Below, piece by piece: positions 37,897 to 51,399 of a stretch of DNA of 64,000 bases; the first letter of the stretch is position 1, and each line of letters opens with the position of its first letter. Source of the DNA: Chiloscyllium plagiosum (taxonomy: Eukaryota). The stretch is from contig NC_057749.1 of NCBI RefSeq assembly GCF_004010195.1, positions 9,512,646-9,576,645 on the forward strand, written 5' to 3'. The notes beneath the pieces are model-generated. The model was given only the letters and a program-made list of their open reading frames with translations, was not told where the DNA came from and searched no databases. Both the position numbers and the translations under genes were made by a program.

Positions 37897-38080
37897 GACA
37901 AAAAAACTGCAGATGCTGGAATCCAAAGTAGGCAGGCAGGAGGCTGGAATGGCACAGCAAGCCAGGCAGCATCAGGAGGTGTCAAGTTAATGTTCCTGAA
38001 GAAGGGTTATGCCCAAAACGTTGACTTCTCTACCTCCTGATGCTGCCTGGCTTGCTGTGTTCCTCCAGCTTCCTGCCTAT
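37897..38080. mobile_element. Palindromic PLE-derived element with decayed hammerhead (37996-38025), nested in a CR1 3' end
   Basis: Arms cacagcaagccaggcagcatcaggagg and cctcctgatgctgcctggcttgctgtg. Centre CTGAAGA agggttatgccc aAAACGTT. Confidence 0.72.
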
Positions 38081-41000
38081 GACTGAATGATGGAGCAGAT
38101 TGGATGGGCTGAATGGTCTAATTCTACTCTGATATCTTATGTTCTTATGGTCTAAGCATGTTTAATAGCCTTCTCAACTTGTCTTCCAAGACTTGAGTAC
38201 CAATTCCCAAACCTTTGGTTCTTTGAACCATTAAAGCCAATGGTTCTCAATATTCCTCATCCATGGAACACTTAGGTGGAGCAAAAAGATGTTGCAGACT
38301 ACAACCAGTTTTACTTCAGGCTTTTTTGTTCACCAGCACAAAAATACTCCGAAGAGTGAACACGGAGAATGGTGCTCCTTTTGATGAGACAACGGTGAGT
38401 TCATGTCTGGCTCCAAGTGGGAGAGAGAAACAGAGCTAACGTTTTGAGTCTTCGTCAGACTTGAGTTTCAGTCTCATGTTGGCCCCACAGGTGTTGAAAA
38501 TACCATCACGGCGTTGAACGTGGAAACAGTAACAGAAATATGGAACTTGAAACATTGTCGTTCTTGCTTTCACCTCCAGCCAGTTGGACCATGAGCTCAG
38601 AAGCTGGTCCGCTTGTGTGACATAAAGCCAGCTGTGGAGATGAGATTCTGTCCTGGCAAGGTGTTTGTGCATCAGTGACATACATTTCGGTCCAGACCAC
38701 AGACCGAAAGAAAAACTCTTGGGGACCACCAATGGACCACACTTTTGAGAACCACAATGTAGAAAGACTGAAGTCACACATAGATCAGACCAAGTAAGGG
38801 TGGCAGATTTCCTACTCTAATGGGCATTGGTGAATCAGATTTTTTTTACAACAATCAATGATGGTCATAATGACTGAGACTAGCTTTCATTTTCAGATTT
38901 ATTGGGTGAGTTTGAATTCTACCTGCTGTTCATAGGAGTAGCCCAGGCACTTGGATTACTCATCCAGTGGTGTGATTACTGCACTACCATCTCTCCTGCT
39001 TCCTGCATTAACGCTTCCTACATTACAATGCTGATTACACTTTGAAAGGCCTTTATTATTGTGTATTGCTTTAAGGCATCAAGAAAGGCAAGAATGTCTT
39101 TATTCCTTCAACCTAACACACCATTCTTGCTCACAACTCTTATCGGTCATAAAAAGACAGTCAGACCATTTTGGGATTGTTAAGCTCTCCCTTCCCTAGA
39201 GGTTCCAAGAATGAATGATGTCTCCTGTTAGAGCCATCGAATTCCTCGAAGGCAAATAGATGCCATTCAGCCCATCAAGACTGTACTGACCATTCAAAGA
39301 GTATCCCATTCCCCCACCCTAGTGCCCTAATTGTGCATTTCCCATGGCTAATCCATATAGCCTGCATGTCCTTGGATATTATGGGCAATTAAAAATGGCA
39401 AATCCACCTAACCTGCACATCTTTGAACTGGAGAGCAGTCCTCAAGCAGATTCATGGTAGGTTGGGAGAAGGGGTTCTTTGTATGTTTATTTAAAACTTC
39501 CTTGGATACTTTCATTTCTTAGTTGTGAACCTACTGGGGTGGGAGAAAAAGACCAAATGGATGTTTCATTGATTGGAGCCATGACCAGGTAAGGATTACA
39601 TGCAAGCAGACTAGGCTACACAAAACTGTGCTAAGGGGGTTGCTGTTCCACACTACAATTCAAGTACAAATGTGCTGTTTTTGGAACACTTCAGCTTCAT
39701 TCAGAAGCACAGCAATTAAGAAAAAAAGGTGGTTTCCAGTTATTGCAAGTCCACAATAACAACATCCACTTGCAATTAGATACCAGCTTTAATAGTCTAA
39801 CAGTCATACTATAAATGTATGCAATAAATGTGGAAGGAAATGGTTCTAGCAGGGAGTAATATCTCATAAGTATCCAGTTTCTGCTCTCAAATCTCATTGT
39901 TACTGCCTCGTTTTGTATTTCATTCATTGGTGTTGTGTTCCCATAGCATTAGGCTGTCTGCAAAGTGGTACAGTACCACCCTGCCAATTCCCCATGGGAA
40001 GAGAACTGTCATCTCTGTTAGCTCAGCTTGTGGCTCGTCACTCTACCGTCTGGAATAGAGTAAATTGCATTTGCTAGAATAAAAGACTGGCTTTAAATAG
40101 CACCCTTTCTAACCATCGGACATCTCAAAGTGCTTTACTGTACTTTAGTTAAGTCCTTTCAAAATGTAATCATTCTTGCAATGAAAGAAATGCAGCACTC
40201 AGTTTACACACAGCAAACTTCCACACACAGCAATGTGATAACCTGTTATTTGTGATATTTTGTAAAGAATAATTCTTTGATCAGAACGCTGTGGACTATT
40301 CCTGCTGTAGTTCTATCCAATGCTACAGGATCTCTTACATTGACTTGTGTAGTTGAGATCTCGGTTTAATGTTTCTTGCAAAAGGTACCTCCTTTCAACA
40401 CTCCCTCAGTACTGAACCTCCAACAGTGCGGCTCTCCCTCGATACTGCACTGAGTGTCAGTTGGGCAGAAGATGCAAAAAACACAGACCAACAGATTCAA
40501 GAACAGCTTTTTCCCCACTGTTATTAGACTGCTGAATGGACCTTTTAAATTTAAAATTTAAATGTTGACCTCACTCTGTGCACTTTCTCTGCATCTGTCA
40601 CGTTGTATTCCTCGCTCTGTTCTATTACCCGAATGCACTTGTATGGGATGATCTACCATACTGCACGTAAAACAGAACTTTTCAATGTACTTCGTTACAT
40701 GTGACAATAATAAATCAAATCAAAAAGTTTGTCTGGCATTGGACTTGAATGCGAACTGAGCCACAGCTGATACTACAAGTGAGGAATGGACTTGTCTTGA
40801 GTCCCAGCTGTTTGAGAGCTAACTAAGTACTTTTGGAGTACAAACACCACTACAGTATACTGAACAATTCGTAAGGCTTCAGGAACAGCATTGAGAGAAC
40901 TAACCATGCGATCTGACAATCTTGAATGAATGTGGGTCAAGAGATACCAGTAACTCTGCCCAATTAAAGAGGTTAAAAGCGGGGTGGGAGGAGTCTTTGA

Positions 41001-41200
41001 TGATGATGTTGGCCACCTTTCCGAGGCAACAAGAAATATAGGCGGAGTCAATGGGTGGGAGGTTCTTGGCTGATGGACTGGGCTGTGTTCACAACTCTGT
41101 AGCTTCTTCTGGTCCTGGGCAGAACAGTTGTGGAAACTGGGGTATGGAAATACAGCAATAATCAAATCAAATCAAATCAAATCAAAATCAATTCATTAAA

Positions 41201-41395
41201 TTGTGACAGTGGCTCCAAGTAACATAACAAAGTGTTCCATCTTGGATCTCTCGCATTGCTGAGTTAGAACACTGTAAGTCTTCAATCCAGAAGGACTGCG
41301 GTGCTCTGCATTGAAGACTTGCAGTATTCTGACTCACAAATGCGAGAACTCCAAGATGTAACGCTTTCTCACATAACTTGAAGCTACTGTCACAA
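41201..41395. repeat. Imperfect palindrome with about 90-bp arms
   Basis: Left ttgtgacagtggctccaagt..catcttggatctctcgcattg..tgagttagaacactgtaagtcttcaat. Right attgaagacttgcagtattctgactca..aatgcgagaactccaagatg..acttgaagctactgtcacaa. Confidence 0.85.
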
Positions 41396-43019
41396 CTTCA
41401 TGATTTGATTTGATTTATTATTGTCACATGTACCTAGGCATAGTGAAAAGTTTTGTTTTGTGTGCAGTATAGGCAGATCATACCATACAAAGCTCATTCG
41501 ATGATAGGACAGGGTGACGAATACAATGCTATGGCTGCAGAGATGGTGTGCAAAAGGCAAGATCAACATCAGATTTGAAATTTGAGAGGTCCATTTAGAA
41601 GTCTAATGACAGAAGGGAAGAAGCTGTTTTTGAACCTGTTGGTATGTGTGTTTAAGCTTTTATATCTTCTGCCCAATGAAAGAGGTTATAAGCGAGGTGG
41701 GACTGTTCTCATATGATGCTGGCTGCTTTCTAAGGCAATGAGAAGTGTAGATGAAGTCAATGGGTGGGAGGTTGGCTTGGCTTATGGACTGGGCCGTGTT
41801 CACAACTCTGTAGCTTCTTACAGTCCTGGGCAGAAAAGTTGTGGCAACTGTGCATGGAAATGTAGCAATACCAGCTTTTTTTTTAAAAGTACTACTTTCA
41901 AATAAAGTAAAACTTACCAAGGTGCATCACAAGAACATAATCCAACAAAACTTGAGACAAAGTCATATGTGGAGACATTAAATCAGATGACCTGAAACTT
42001 AGTCAAAGAGTTAGGCTTCAAAGAGTATTTCAAAGAAAAGATTGGGAGAGAGGTGAAGAGGTTTACAAAACTTATATTTATTTAGTGCCTTTGGCATTAT
42101 GAAACATCCCAAAGCTCTTCCCAGGAACACTATGAAACATAGCATGATACTTAGCTACATGCAGTGATATTAGGTCAGGTGAGCAAACGCTTGGTGGTCA
42201 AAGAAGTCAGTTTGAAAGAGTGTCTTCAAGGAAGAAGGTGAGTTGGAGAGATGGAGAGTTGTAAGGAAGGAATTGCAAAGACTCCTGAAGGCATGGCCAC
42301 CAATGTTGGAGTGATAAAGATGGGAGATGTTCAGGAGGCATGAGTTGGAGGAGTGCAGGGAGCACGGAGGGGTGTCGAGCTGTAGGAGGTTATAGTGACA
42401 GGTGGGGCAAGACCACCATAAAGGATGAGAACTTTAAAATCATGACGATGCAGAGAACATTCCCAGTTGCAGCCATCAGTCATTTTAAACCTTTTGGACA
42501 AGGTAAAGGTCAAGTGCAAGTAACTTCACAATAATGAGTCGGCATTATTCTTTTGTCAATGTAATTATTGTGCAACCTAATCAAAAAATCTAAATAAACC
42601 CAAATCACTTCCTTAAGGACTGAAGTGTTAACGTCATATAAAGGTGCTGGCAGAAAATCCAGGCAGTTTTGAAAATGCAGACAAATGATGATGTAGGTGT
42701 TAGATCTATCACCGACATCATAATTTATTGTAACTTTGCTAACAGGTATTCCTTTGTGCAATAAACAGTCTTCTGTAATCTCGCCCCCGTTTGAGAGTGA
42801 TTTATTTCCTCCTTGACCTTTTAAGATTTTCATTGTCACATCTATTTAAAAAAGTCCAACACCTGCCTCAAACAATAGCTTTCCAGTTTACTGCTTTGTG
42901 GGGGCAGATTGATAAGCAAAACACAAATACATCTGGTTCAGACACCTTCTCATTCACTGAGTTTCATTACTTCCAACAACAATTACGTCAGTAATGATAA
43001 AGATGATAAGGGAAAGATG

Positions 43020-43810
43020 GTGTACGTGCATGTGAATGTGTGTGTGAGACTGTGTTACAGGCTGGGTTTGTGTACACCCCACCATGTGCAAATGACTGGG
43101 CGTACATGTGTATGTATGTGCATGTGACTGACAGAGATTGGTATGAGTGTGCATGTATGTGTGACTGCATGTGTATATAAGTGAATGTGTGAGAGATAGA
43201 TTGTGTGCATGTGACCGTGTGAGAGAGAGTGTGTGCGTCTGTATTGTGTGTTTGTGTACGAATGTGACTATGAGAGAGAGACTGTGTAATGCATGTGTGA
43301 GTATGATGTGAGAGAGACTGTATGTGTGCATGCATGAGTGTGACTGTGTGCATGTGTAAGTGTGTCTGTGTGAGAGATAGTGTGCAGGTGTGAGTATGAC
43401 TGTGTGAGATAGAGAGAGAGAGACAATGTGCATGCATGAGTATGACTGTGTGCAGGTGTGAGTATGACTGTGTGTGTGAGAGAGATCGTGAGCATCAGTA
43501 TGACTGTGTGAGATAGAGACCATGTGCATCTGTGAGTGTGACTGTGTATATGAGACTGTATTCTTGTTTGTATGTGATTCTGAGATAGAGATATAGAGAG
43601 AGAGAGACGATGTGTGTGTCTGTATTGTGTGTGAGTGTAACAGTGTGTGTGAGAGAGAGATTGTGCATGTATCAGTGTGACTGTACGAGACAAGAAGAGT
43701 GTGTGTGTGCATGTGTAAGTGTGCCTGTGAGAGAGGAAGAGACTCTGTGATTGTATATGACTGTGACAGAGAGGAAGAGGGAGAGACTGGGTGTGTATGT
43801 GTGTGTGACT
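43020..43810. repeat. Long degenerate (GT/GA)n low-complexity tract
   Basis: Directly visible; source of spurious His/Thr-rich ORFs. Confidence 0.95.
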
Positions 43811-44684
43811 ATTTACCTCAATAAAAATAAATCCTACATATTACTCCAGTTAGCCAAACTGACATTGAAATGAATGAAGAAGCAAAAGCAAAATGATTCA
43901 CTCATATTCCCATTTCACTGTATTCAAACTCAAAATTTAACAAGGTGCCAAAGTGTGCAAATTACATTGTTACACAACTCCATTGCAGCATCTAGACAGA
44001 GTCCTTCAGAGTCCACAGGTCTGAGTTCAATATAGCCCAACCGAGGGGATGAATGAATTGGGCATGGGTTCACACTCCAGCTGCTTTCCTACTCATTTCA
44101 ACCAGGAACATCTCGGGTCCTAGGAATTGGGCTGGAACCTCCTCCATAGGTTGAAATTATGGTCTGACAATGTCATGGCATGTCAATGAAATTTTTATTT
44201 GAAATCATGCAGCTAGGCTACATTCAGTCAAATGTTCCTTCCATGGTCCCCACTCCCCAACCACTCCTACCTCCTTCATTCCAAGCGGTCTGTAGATTTT
44301 GTGATGTAGCAACTTTTAAAAAATAAACACTTCCATCGAATGTGGGCATCACTGGGTTGTGCTAACATTTATTGCCCATCATTGAGAACGTGTTGCCTTC
44401 TTAAACATTTGTGTGTGTTTATTGTGATATCTGCAATGCTGCTGAGAAGGCAGTTCCAGGATTTTGGCCCAGTGGCAGTGAAGGAACAGCAGTGTATTTC
44501 CATTTCAGGATGGTGTGTGACTTAGAGGGAAACTTGCACACGACGGTGCTCCCATGTATCTGCGCTTTCTATGGGTAAGAGGTCACAGGTTTGGAAGGTG
44601 CACTTTGCAGAATGTTACACACTGCTGCCACTGTGCATTTCTAATTAAGTGAAAGTTTAAGTTGTTGGATGGGTTGCTGATTAA

Positions 44685-44998
44685 GAGGCTCATTGGTTAG
44701 CACTGCTGCTTCACAGCGCCAGGGACCCGGGTTCGATTCCAACCTCACATGACTGTCTGTGTGGAGTTTGCACATTCTCCCTCTGCCTGGGTGGGTTTCT
44801 TCTGGGTGCTCCAGTTTCCTCCCACAGTCCAAAGATCTGCAGATCAGGTGGATTGGCCACGCTATATTGGCCATTGTGTGCAGGCTAGGTGGATTAACCA
44901 TGGAAATGCAGGGATAAGGTCTGGGTGGGATGCTCCTTGGAGGGTCATATGGACTCGATGGGCTAAATGGCCTGCTTCCACACTGTAGGGATTCTATG
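44685..44998 (+). mobile_element. HE1-type V-SINE directly adjacent to the PLE
   Basis: Full motif set. Confidence 0.87.
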
Positions 44999-45048
44999 AA
45001 GCAGCTGCTCAGGGTGTAGGTTTGCTCGCTGAGCTGTAGGTTTGATAT

Positions 45049-45088
45049 CCAGACATTTCACTACCTGGCTCGGTAACATCATCAGTGG
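45049..45088 (-). ncRNA. Hammerhead ribozyme motif (type I, minimal, partly decayed) at the PLE 3' end
   Basis: Minus strand: cca CTGATGA t gttacc gagcca ggtagt GAAA tg TC tgg. Stem I cca/tgg; stem II gttacc/ggtagt with G-U pairs. Confidence 0.7.
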
Positions 45089-45314
45089 TGACCTCCAAGT
45101 GAAGCGAAGCTGTTGTCTCCTGCTTTCTATTTATATGTTTGTCCTGGATGGGGTTCCTGGGGTTTGTGGTGATGTCATTTCCTGTTCGTTTTCTGAGGGG
45201 TTGATAGATGGTATCTCGATCTATGTGTTTGTTTATGGCATTGTGGTTGGAGTGCCAGGCCTCTAGGAATTCTCTGGCATGTCTTTGCTTAGCCTGTCCC
45301 AGGATAGATGCGTT

Positions 45315-45481
45315 NNNNNNNNNNNNNNNNNNNNNNNNNNNNNNNNNNNNNNNNNNNNNNNNNNNNNNNNNNNNNNNNNNNNNNNNNNNNNNNNNNNNNN
45401 NNNNNNNNNNNNNNNNNNNNNNNNNNNNNNNNNNNNNNNNNNNNNNNNNNNNNNNNNNNNNNNNNNNNNNNNNNNNNNNNN
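45315..45481. other. Assembly gap (167 N) inside the Penelope-like element
   Basis: Run of N. Confidence 1.
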
Positions 45482-45949
45482 CGGACTGTATTTTTTGAGT
45501 ATCCGTTCTTCTTGAATACGTTGTATATGTGGCTCTGCTCTGTTTTCCGAAGTTCGTCTGTGCTGCAGTGTGATGTGGCTCGTTGGAATAGTGTTCTGAT
45601 ACAGCTTTGTTTGTGTGTGTTGGGATGGTTGCTGGTGTAGTTAAGTATTTGGTCAGTGTTTGTCGGTTTTCTGTATACGCAGGTTTGTAGTTCTCCGTTG
45701 TCCTTTCTTTCGACTGTGACGTCCAGCTGCTTGCTCTTGCATGATGGTGAAAGTGGGTACTGCAGATGCTGAAGATCAGAGTCAAGATTAGAGAGGTGCT
45801 GGAAAAGCATAGCAGGTCAGGCAGCATCCGAGGAGCAGGAAAATCGTCACTTTACCATTTCAGCAAGAAGGGAGTTTTCCCCAGAGTCCCACCCAATATT
45901 TACCCCCTCAACCAACATTATTAAAACATCGCTGGAATGTTGCAGGGAT

Positions 45950-46320
45950 GACCTTATAGAGGTTTATAAAATCATGAGGGGGCATGGGTAAGGTGAATAG
46001 GCAAGGCCTTTCCCCCAGGGTTGGGGAGTCCAAAACTAGAGGGCATAGGTTTCAGGTGAGAGGGGAAAGATTTAGAAAGGACCTAAGGGATGACTTTTTG
46101 GGCAGAGGGTGGTGCGTGTATCGAATGAGCTGACAGAGGAAGTGGTGGAGGCTGGTACAATTACAACATTTAAAAGGTATCTGGATGGATATATGAATAG
46201 GAAAGGTTTGGAGGGATATGGGTCAAGTGCTGGAAAATGTGACTAGATCAATGATATTTGGTCAGCATGGATGAGTTGGTCCGAAGGGTGTGTTTCCATG
46301 CTGTATAACTCTATGACTGT
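45950..46320 (+). mobile_element. CR1 LINE 3' end inserted in a Deu-type SINE
   Basis: gaccttatagaggtttataaaatcatgagggg ... tgtttccatgctgtataactctatgact. Confidence 0.85.
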
Positions 46321-47719
46321 AGTCTTTATTATGTATGAGAGCGAGCTGTACACATTTCAAAAATACTTTGTGGGTTGCAAAGCTCTTTGGGTCATCCAGA
46401 GTTCATGAAGGTGTTGTGGAAATGCGAGTTCTTTCTGTCATCTCCCTGCTACTGTAGGTTCTGGATTCTGTGCTTGGCGTCCTATTCTGTGGCAGTTGCT
46501 CAGCGATATTGGGTGACAATACGCTGTCAGGTCAGTCCACCTTGGGTGTGTGTGTGTGTCCATGCGTGCGAGTATGAAATGTACATATGTATATATATTT
46601 ATATGTCTGGTTGCTGGACTCTGAGAGAGAGCAAGACAACACTAAAGAGTGATGTGTTTTCAGTATTCATTGCACACCCGATTCTGCATTGGCATGAAAA
46701 GCAGTAGCAGGCCATTCGGCCCCTTGTGCCTGTACACCATTCTAGAAGGCTGCTCTGACTACACATTGCGACCTATTTTTGACTCACTGGATCATCAAGA
46801 ATGTAGCTACTTTGGCCATAAAAACATCCGATGACATGCCTCCACTTCTCTGTCACCAGGTGTTCCATAGAACTGCAAGCTGGTGAGAGGAAATATTTCA
46901 CCTCATCTTTGTCTTAACCGAACGATCTTTGTTTCTTCAGATGGTGCCACCTAGTTTTCCCACACAAGGGGATGTCCAGATGCAGTTTCGGGGTAGTGAT
47001 CATTTCATTTCCAGTTGCACATCTTTTCATTTTGCCCTGGTACCCACATAAGTTGCCCTGACACAGAACTTGTGTCCAGTATCAACCTATGATATTGAAA
47101 GTGATTATTTGTCTGTTCCAGTGGTTTATCCCTGCAGTAACAACATGACAAGTCGGGGAATACCGTGTTCATCTCAATGTCAGTGACTACAGGGAACAGC
47201 CCCACCTAGTGATTCAAAACTAGATGGCACTATGGCTGTTCAACTTGCCAGAAAGTGAAACCTGAATTCATGTAGTGCCTTTGGCTACCTCAGGGATGCA
47301 CCAAAGCCATATCCTTTTGAAATGTGCTCATAGAATCCCTACAGTGTGGAAGCAGGCCATTCGGCCTATTGAGTCCACAACAACCCTCCGAAGTGCATCC
47401 CACTCAGACCCAGCCCACCCTATCACTGCATTTCTCATAGCCAGTGCACCTAACCTGCACATCTTTGGACTGGTAAAAGGTTTGGACCAAATGGGAAAAA
47501 AAATGCTGTACTGTCCACTCACATCACAGTCCCTCAACCCTCACAAACAAACTGCGACCTTACCCTCTGGCTTGCTGGGTGCGGCTGGTCAGCTAGTACA
47601 ATATAAAACCCAGTGTAGTGCTTTGATTGTCAAAAGTCAATAGTTCCTTGCTTTGCACGAAGCAAGTTCCCACAAATGACTAGGCGTAGTGAGATAGTGA
47701 ATAGGATCTTAATACGGTA

Positions 47720-49690
47720 GTGTAGGAGCAGAAGTAGGCCACTCAGCCCATCAAATCTGCTCTGCCAGTCAATGAGATCATGTTGATCTGATCATCCTCA
47801 ATCCACTCTCCTACCTTTTTCTTATAGCCCTTGATTTCCTTACAGATTAAATATCTACCTCAGCCATAATATGCTTAACGTCCCAGCCTCTACAGCCCTC
47901 TGCTGTAAAGAATTCCATAGGTTCACTACTCGTTGAAAGAAGAGATTCCTTCCCATCTATGTCCTAAATTGGTGACCCCTTATTCTGAGATTATGTTCCC
48001 TGGTCCAGGTGTTTTCCACAAGAGAAAACAATCTCTCAGCATCTATAATGTCAAGCACCTTAAGAATCCTGTATGTTACCTTGTCTATATTGCTCTGTGT
48101 AATCCTCACCACTTAAGCTCCCACCTATTTTTGTGTCATTCGCAACTTGCTGACCATACATTCATTTCTCTCATACAAGTCATTAATATATATTGTAAAC
48201 AATTATGACCCAAGCACTAATCCCTATGACACTCCACTAGTTTCAGTTTGCCATCACGAAAATGTACCCCTCATCCCAACTCTGTCATATATTAGTTAGC
48301 CAATCCTCCGTCCCTTTTTATACACAGCCGCCAGCACCATGGCCTTTTGTCTCATTAAATAGCAGACTTTTATCGAATGTCTTTTGGAATTCCAAATCTG
48401 TTACGTACCCTGCCTCTTATCTCGTTGAAGAATTGTAGGTTTTACAGACTTGATATCCCCTTCATGCTGACTCTGTTTGATCATATTAGTATTTTGAATG
48501 TTCTCCCATCACCATCCTGTATAAATACTCTAACATGTTTCTAATGACTGATGTTGAGCTAACTGGCCTATAGTTACCTGTTTTTACGTTTCTCCTTTTT
48601 TGAATAAGGGCGTTACATGGGCGTTTTTTTAATTCTCTAGAACATTTCCAGAATCTCCAAATTAGAATCCTCACAGTATGGAAACAGGCCCTTAGGCCCC
48701 ACAAGTCCACACCGACCCTCCAAAGAGTTACCCACCCAGACCCATTTCCCCTACCCAATATTTACCCCTGACTAATGCATCTAACGCTATGGACAATTTA
48801 GCATGGCCAATTCACCTGGCTTTGGATTGCAGGATCCAAATCTAAGGACACTTGGAAGATTACTACCACTGCATCCACTTTCACTGTAGCTATTTCCTTT
48901 AATATTCTGGGGTGCATAACATTAGGTCCAGGGATCTATCAGTCATTGGCGGACAAGCAGGAGGCTGGAAGAACACAGCAAGCCAGGAAGCATCAGGAGG
49001 TGGAGAAGTCAATGTTTCGGGTGTAACCCTTCTTCAGGACTAGGATTGGGTGTAAGGAGGGGCTGCAGATAAAGGTGAGGGTGGGGGAGGATTTTTGGTG
49101 TGGAGGGGGCAGAGTGGGGAGGTAGGGATAGGTTAGCACAAGTAGAGGGTACGACCTGATTGATCACTGGGAGGAAAGCATCTGATTGGAAGCTGAAAGG
49201 AAGGGTCAGTTGGAGGAATGGAAGGGGTGGAAAGGGAATTGAGGGATGGGAGGAGAGATTATTTGAAGTTGGAGAACTCAACATTGAGTCCTCCAGGCTG
49301 TAGGCTGCCCAGGTGGAAGATGAAGTGTTGCTCCGCCAACTTGTGGTCTGATTCGTATTAGTCTTTAGCCATATCAGGTCTGAGGAAGGGTCACTGGAAC
49401 TGAAACGTTAACTCTGATTTCTCTCCATAGATGCTGCCAGAACTGCTGAGTTATTCCAGCAATTTCTGCTTTAGTTTCCCAAATACTTTTTCTCCAGTGA
49501 TACGCATTTCCTCTGCCGCTTTTTGGTTGCTTTCTGTGTCTGAAACATTACTCGTGTCCTTTTTTTGAAGACTGATGCAAAGTGTTTCTTCAACACCTCT
49601 GCCATTTCGTTGTTTCCCAATATTATTTCTCCGCCTCAATCTCTGAAGGGGCCAATGTTCACTTCAACCCCTCTCTATCTTTTGTGTAAA
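47720..49690 (-). mobile_element. Decayed CR1 LINE interrupted by HE1 and PLE insertions
   Basis: KTGNYRPVSSTSVIRNMLE peptide and CR1 3' features. Boundaries are approximate. Confidence 0.65.
48950..49356 (-). mobile_element. PLE 3' fragment with GIY-YIG-region C-terminus and decayed hammerhead (49007-49041)
   Basis: 49354-49259 translates ESDHKLAEQHFIFHLGSLQPGGLNVEFSNFK*. Downstream: agtc CTGAAGA a gggt tac accc GAAAC ATT gact. Confidence 0.82.
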
Positions 49691-51399
49691 GAATCTCTTT
49701 GTATCTTTTGTATAATTGCACAAGAACACGAGGTGTTCCATGCTCTCACGCCTATTATTCAGTTTAATTGGATCATAGCCGTTCATTATCTTAATTCCAC
49801 TGACCCACTTTGTTGCACAATATCCAATGCCCTGGTATCATATAAAAAAATAACCCATCCAGTGAGTGTAAAATTTTTCCTGATGACACCCCTCAAAACT
49901 CTCACTCTCATGTTAAGTTTATGCACCCTCCAGATAAAATAGATCAAAACAAATTTGCACTAATATAGCACCATTCACATCCTCAGGACATCCCAAAGTG
50001 AGTCAATGTACCTTTTGAAACGTAGTCACACTCTCCTTTAAAAAGTGCAGATGGAACTGTGATGTACTGTGTTATCCAAAAGGTAATGCATCCAACAAAA
50101 CATCACTCCACTGGAGGGTCCATTATGATATTTGTGCTGAGGTTTCTGGAGTGGGACATTAACCCACAGCCTAATGCCTCAGTCGGCAGTGCTGTGGACA
50201 ATGCCATTTTATCTCCAACTACGCAGTCTTCTCCTTTAGGCGTATTAAACACAGCAGTATACAATTCTTTGAAATGTCTGCAATTTTCACAGATAAATTT
50301 TGCCTATTGTGTCAATCCCTTGGTGCATTTTAGAAAAGTATTATCACCTAATTTTTTGAATATCATTCACGCCAAGTTTTGCATGATTTCTGATCTTTGA
50401 TACAATCGACATCAATTTGCAAAGAACTGCCCAAAGTCAGCTGTACCCTGTTCAAAGAAGGAGCAGCATCAAATTCCATTCCCTAATCTCTTATGATTTT
50501 ATTAAGTACCACTTGACTGACAACAACTCATGGAAGGTTCCTCCCTTTCAGTTTACATGTCAATGTCCTTGGCCAATGATTTGGTTAGTTGCATTGGAGA
50601 CCAGCATGGGAGCTGCAGAACAAACCAATGTGTTAACAAGCCAATGGGGTACAAGGCTGTTGCACCATCCAATACAATCCTGGTTGTTCTGTATCTCAAC
50701 CCTGTTTCTTCACCTTGATCCCTTAACATTTCATACAAATCACTTTGATAGTTTCAGTTGACCTCCAGCCTTGTGTGTTGTTTAGGAAAATGGTGTTCCA
50801 TACTTACACTCCCGTCAAGTGCTGACCTGCTGCCTGACAGTCGCCATTGTATGCACCTCCTGCCTGACAGAAAAATAAAACTGCATGGCCTTTCAGAATG
50901 AGCATTGGGGACTGTTCTATCTGAGAGTAGGGACCAATGGAATTTGGATTGGATCAATCTGATTTTCCAATGTCATGAAAGGCATCTGACAAGGATCATT
51001 CCAACGCATGAGAAAATTGTTTTCCAACTTTCAAAATAACTTTGAAGCCAGTGATGCAGAGTGAAAATATTGTCTGGAAGTCATCAGATGTGAAAACAAG
51101 TGTCTCATTAAAAAGCTGAAGAAGTTTTGAATCAAGTCTACGATAGAAAACTTGATCCTTTTAGTGAACTATAAATATCACAACAAATAGCCCAGTGTTT
51201 TAAACATCTGGCACAGCAACATTTAATCTTCCAATTTTAACTGGAATTCACTGCAAGAAGAAAAGAATTGAACAGTTTCTTCATAAAAGATATCCATGTG
51301 TTGTCAATTATTAGAAAGTTTTGACAAATACACTTTTTGAATAAAAAAAAATAACCTGGCTGAAGAGAGAGAAACATTGTCAAAACTTTTCACCTGGCT

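Larger units (their letters stand above)
45010..45723 (-). mobile_element. 5'-truncated Penelope-like element (RT thumb and GIY-YIG C-terminal region) with a 3' hammerhead motif
   Basis: Minus-strand peptides LDVTVERKDNGELQTCVYRKPTNTDQILNYTSNHPNTHKQSCIRTLFQRA (PLE RT thumb) and AREFLEAWHSNHNAINKHID flank the N gap. 8-bp TSD cagctgct at 45002-45009 and 45724-45731. Confidence 0.9.

Noticed and set aside
38430..38462. Minus-strand CTGACGA...AAAACGTT hammerhead-like trace
   Set aside because: Stem II is largely deleted and the GAAA G is mutated; too decayed to call.
42954..43712. Long His/Thr/Ser-rich ORFs (up to 252 aa)
   Set aside because: Translation of a degenerate dinucleotide tract.
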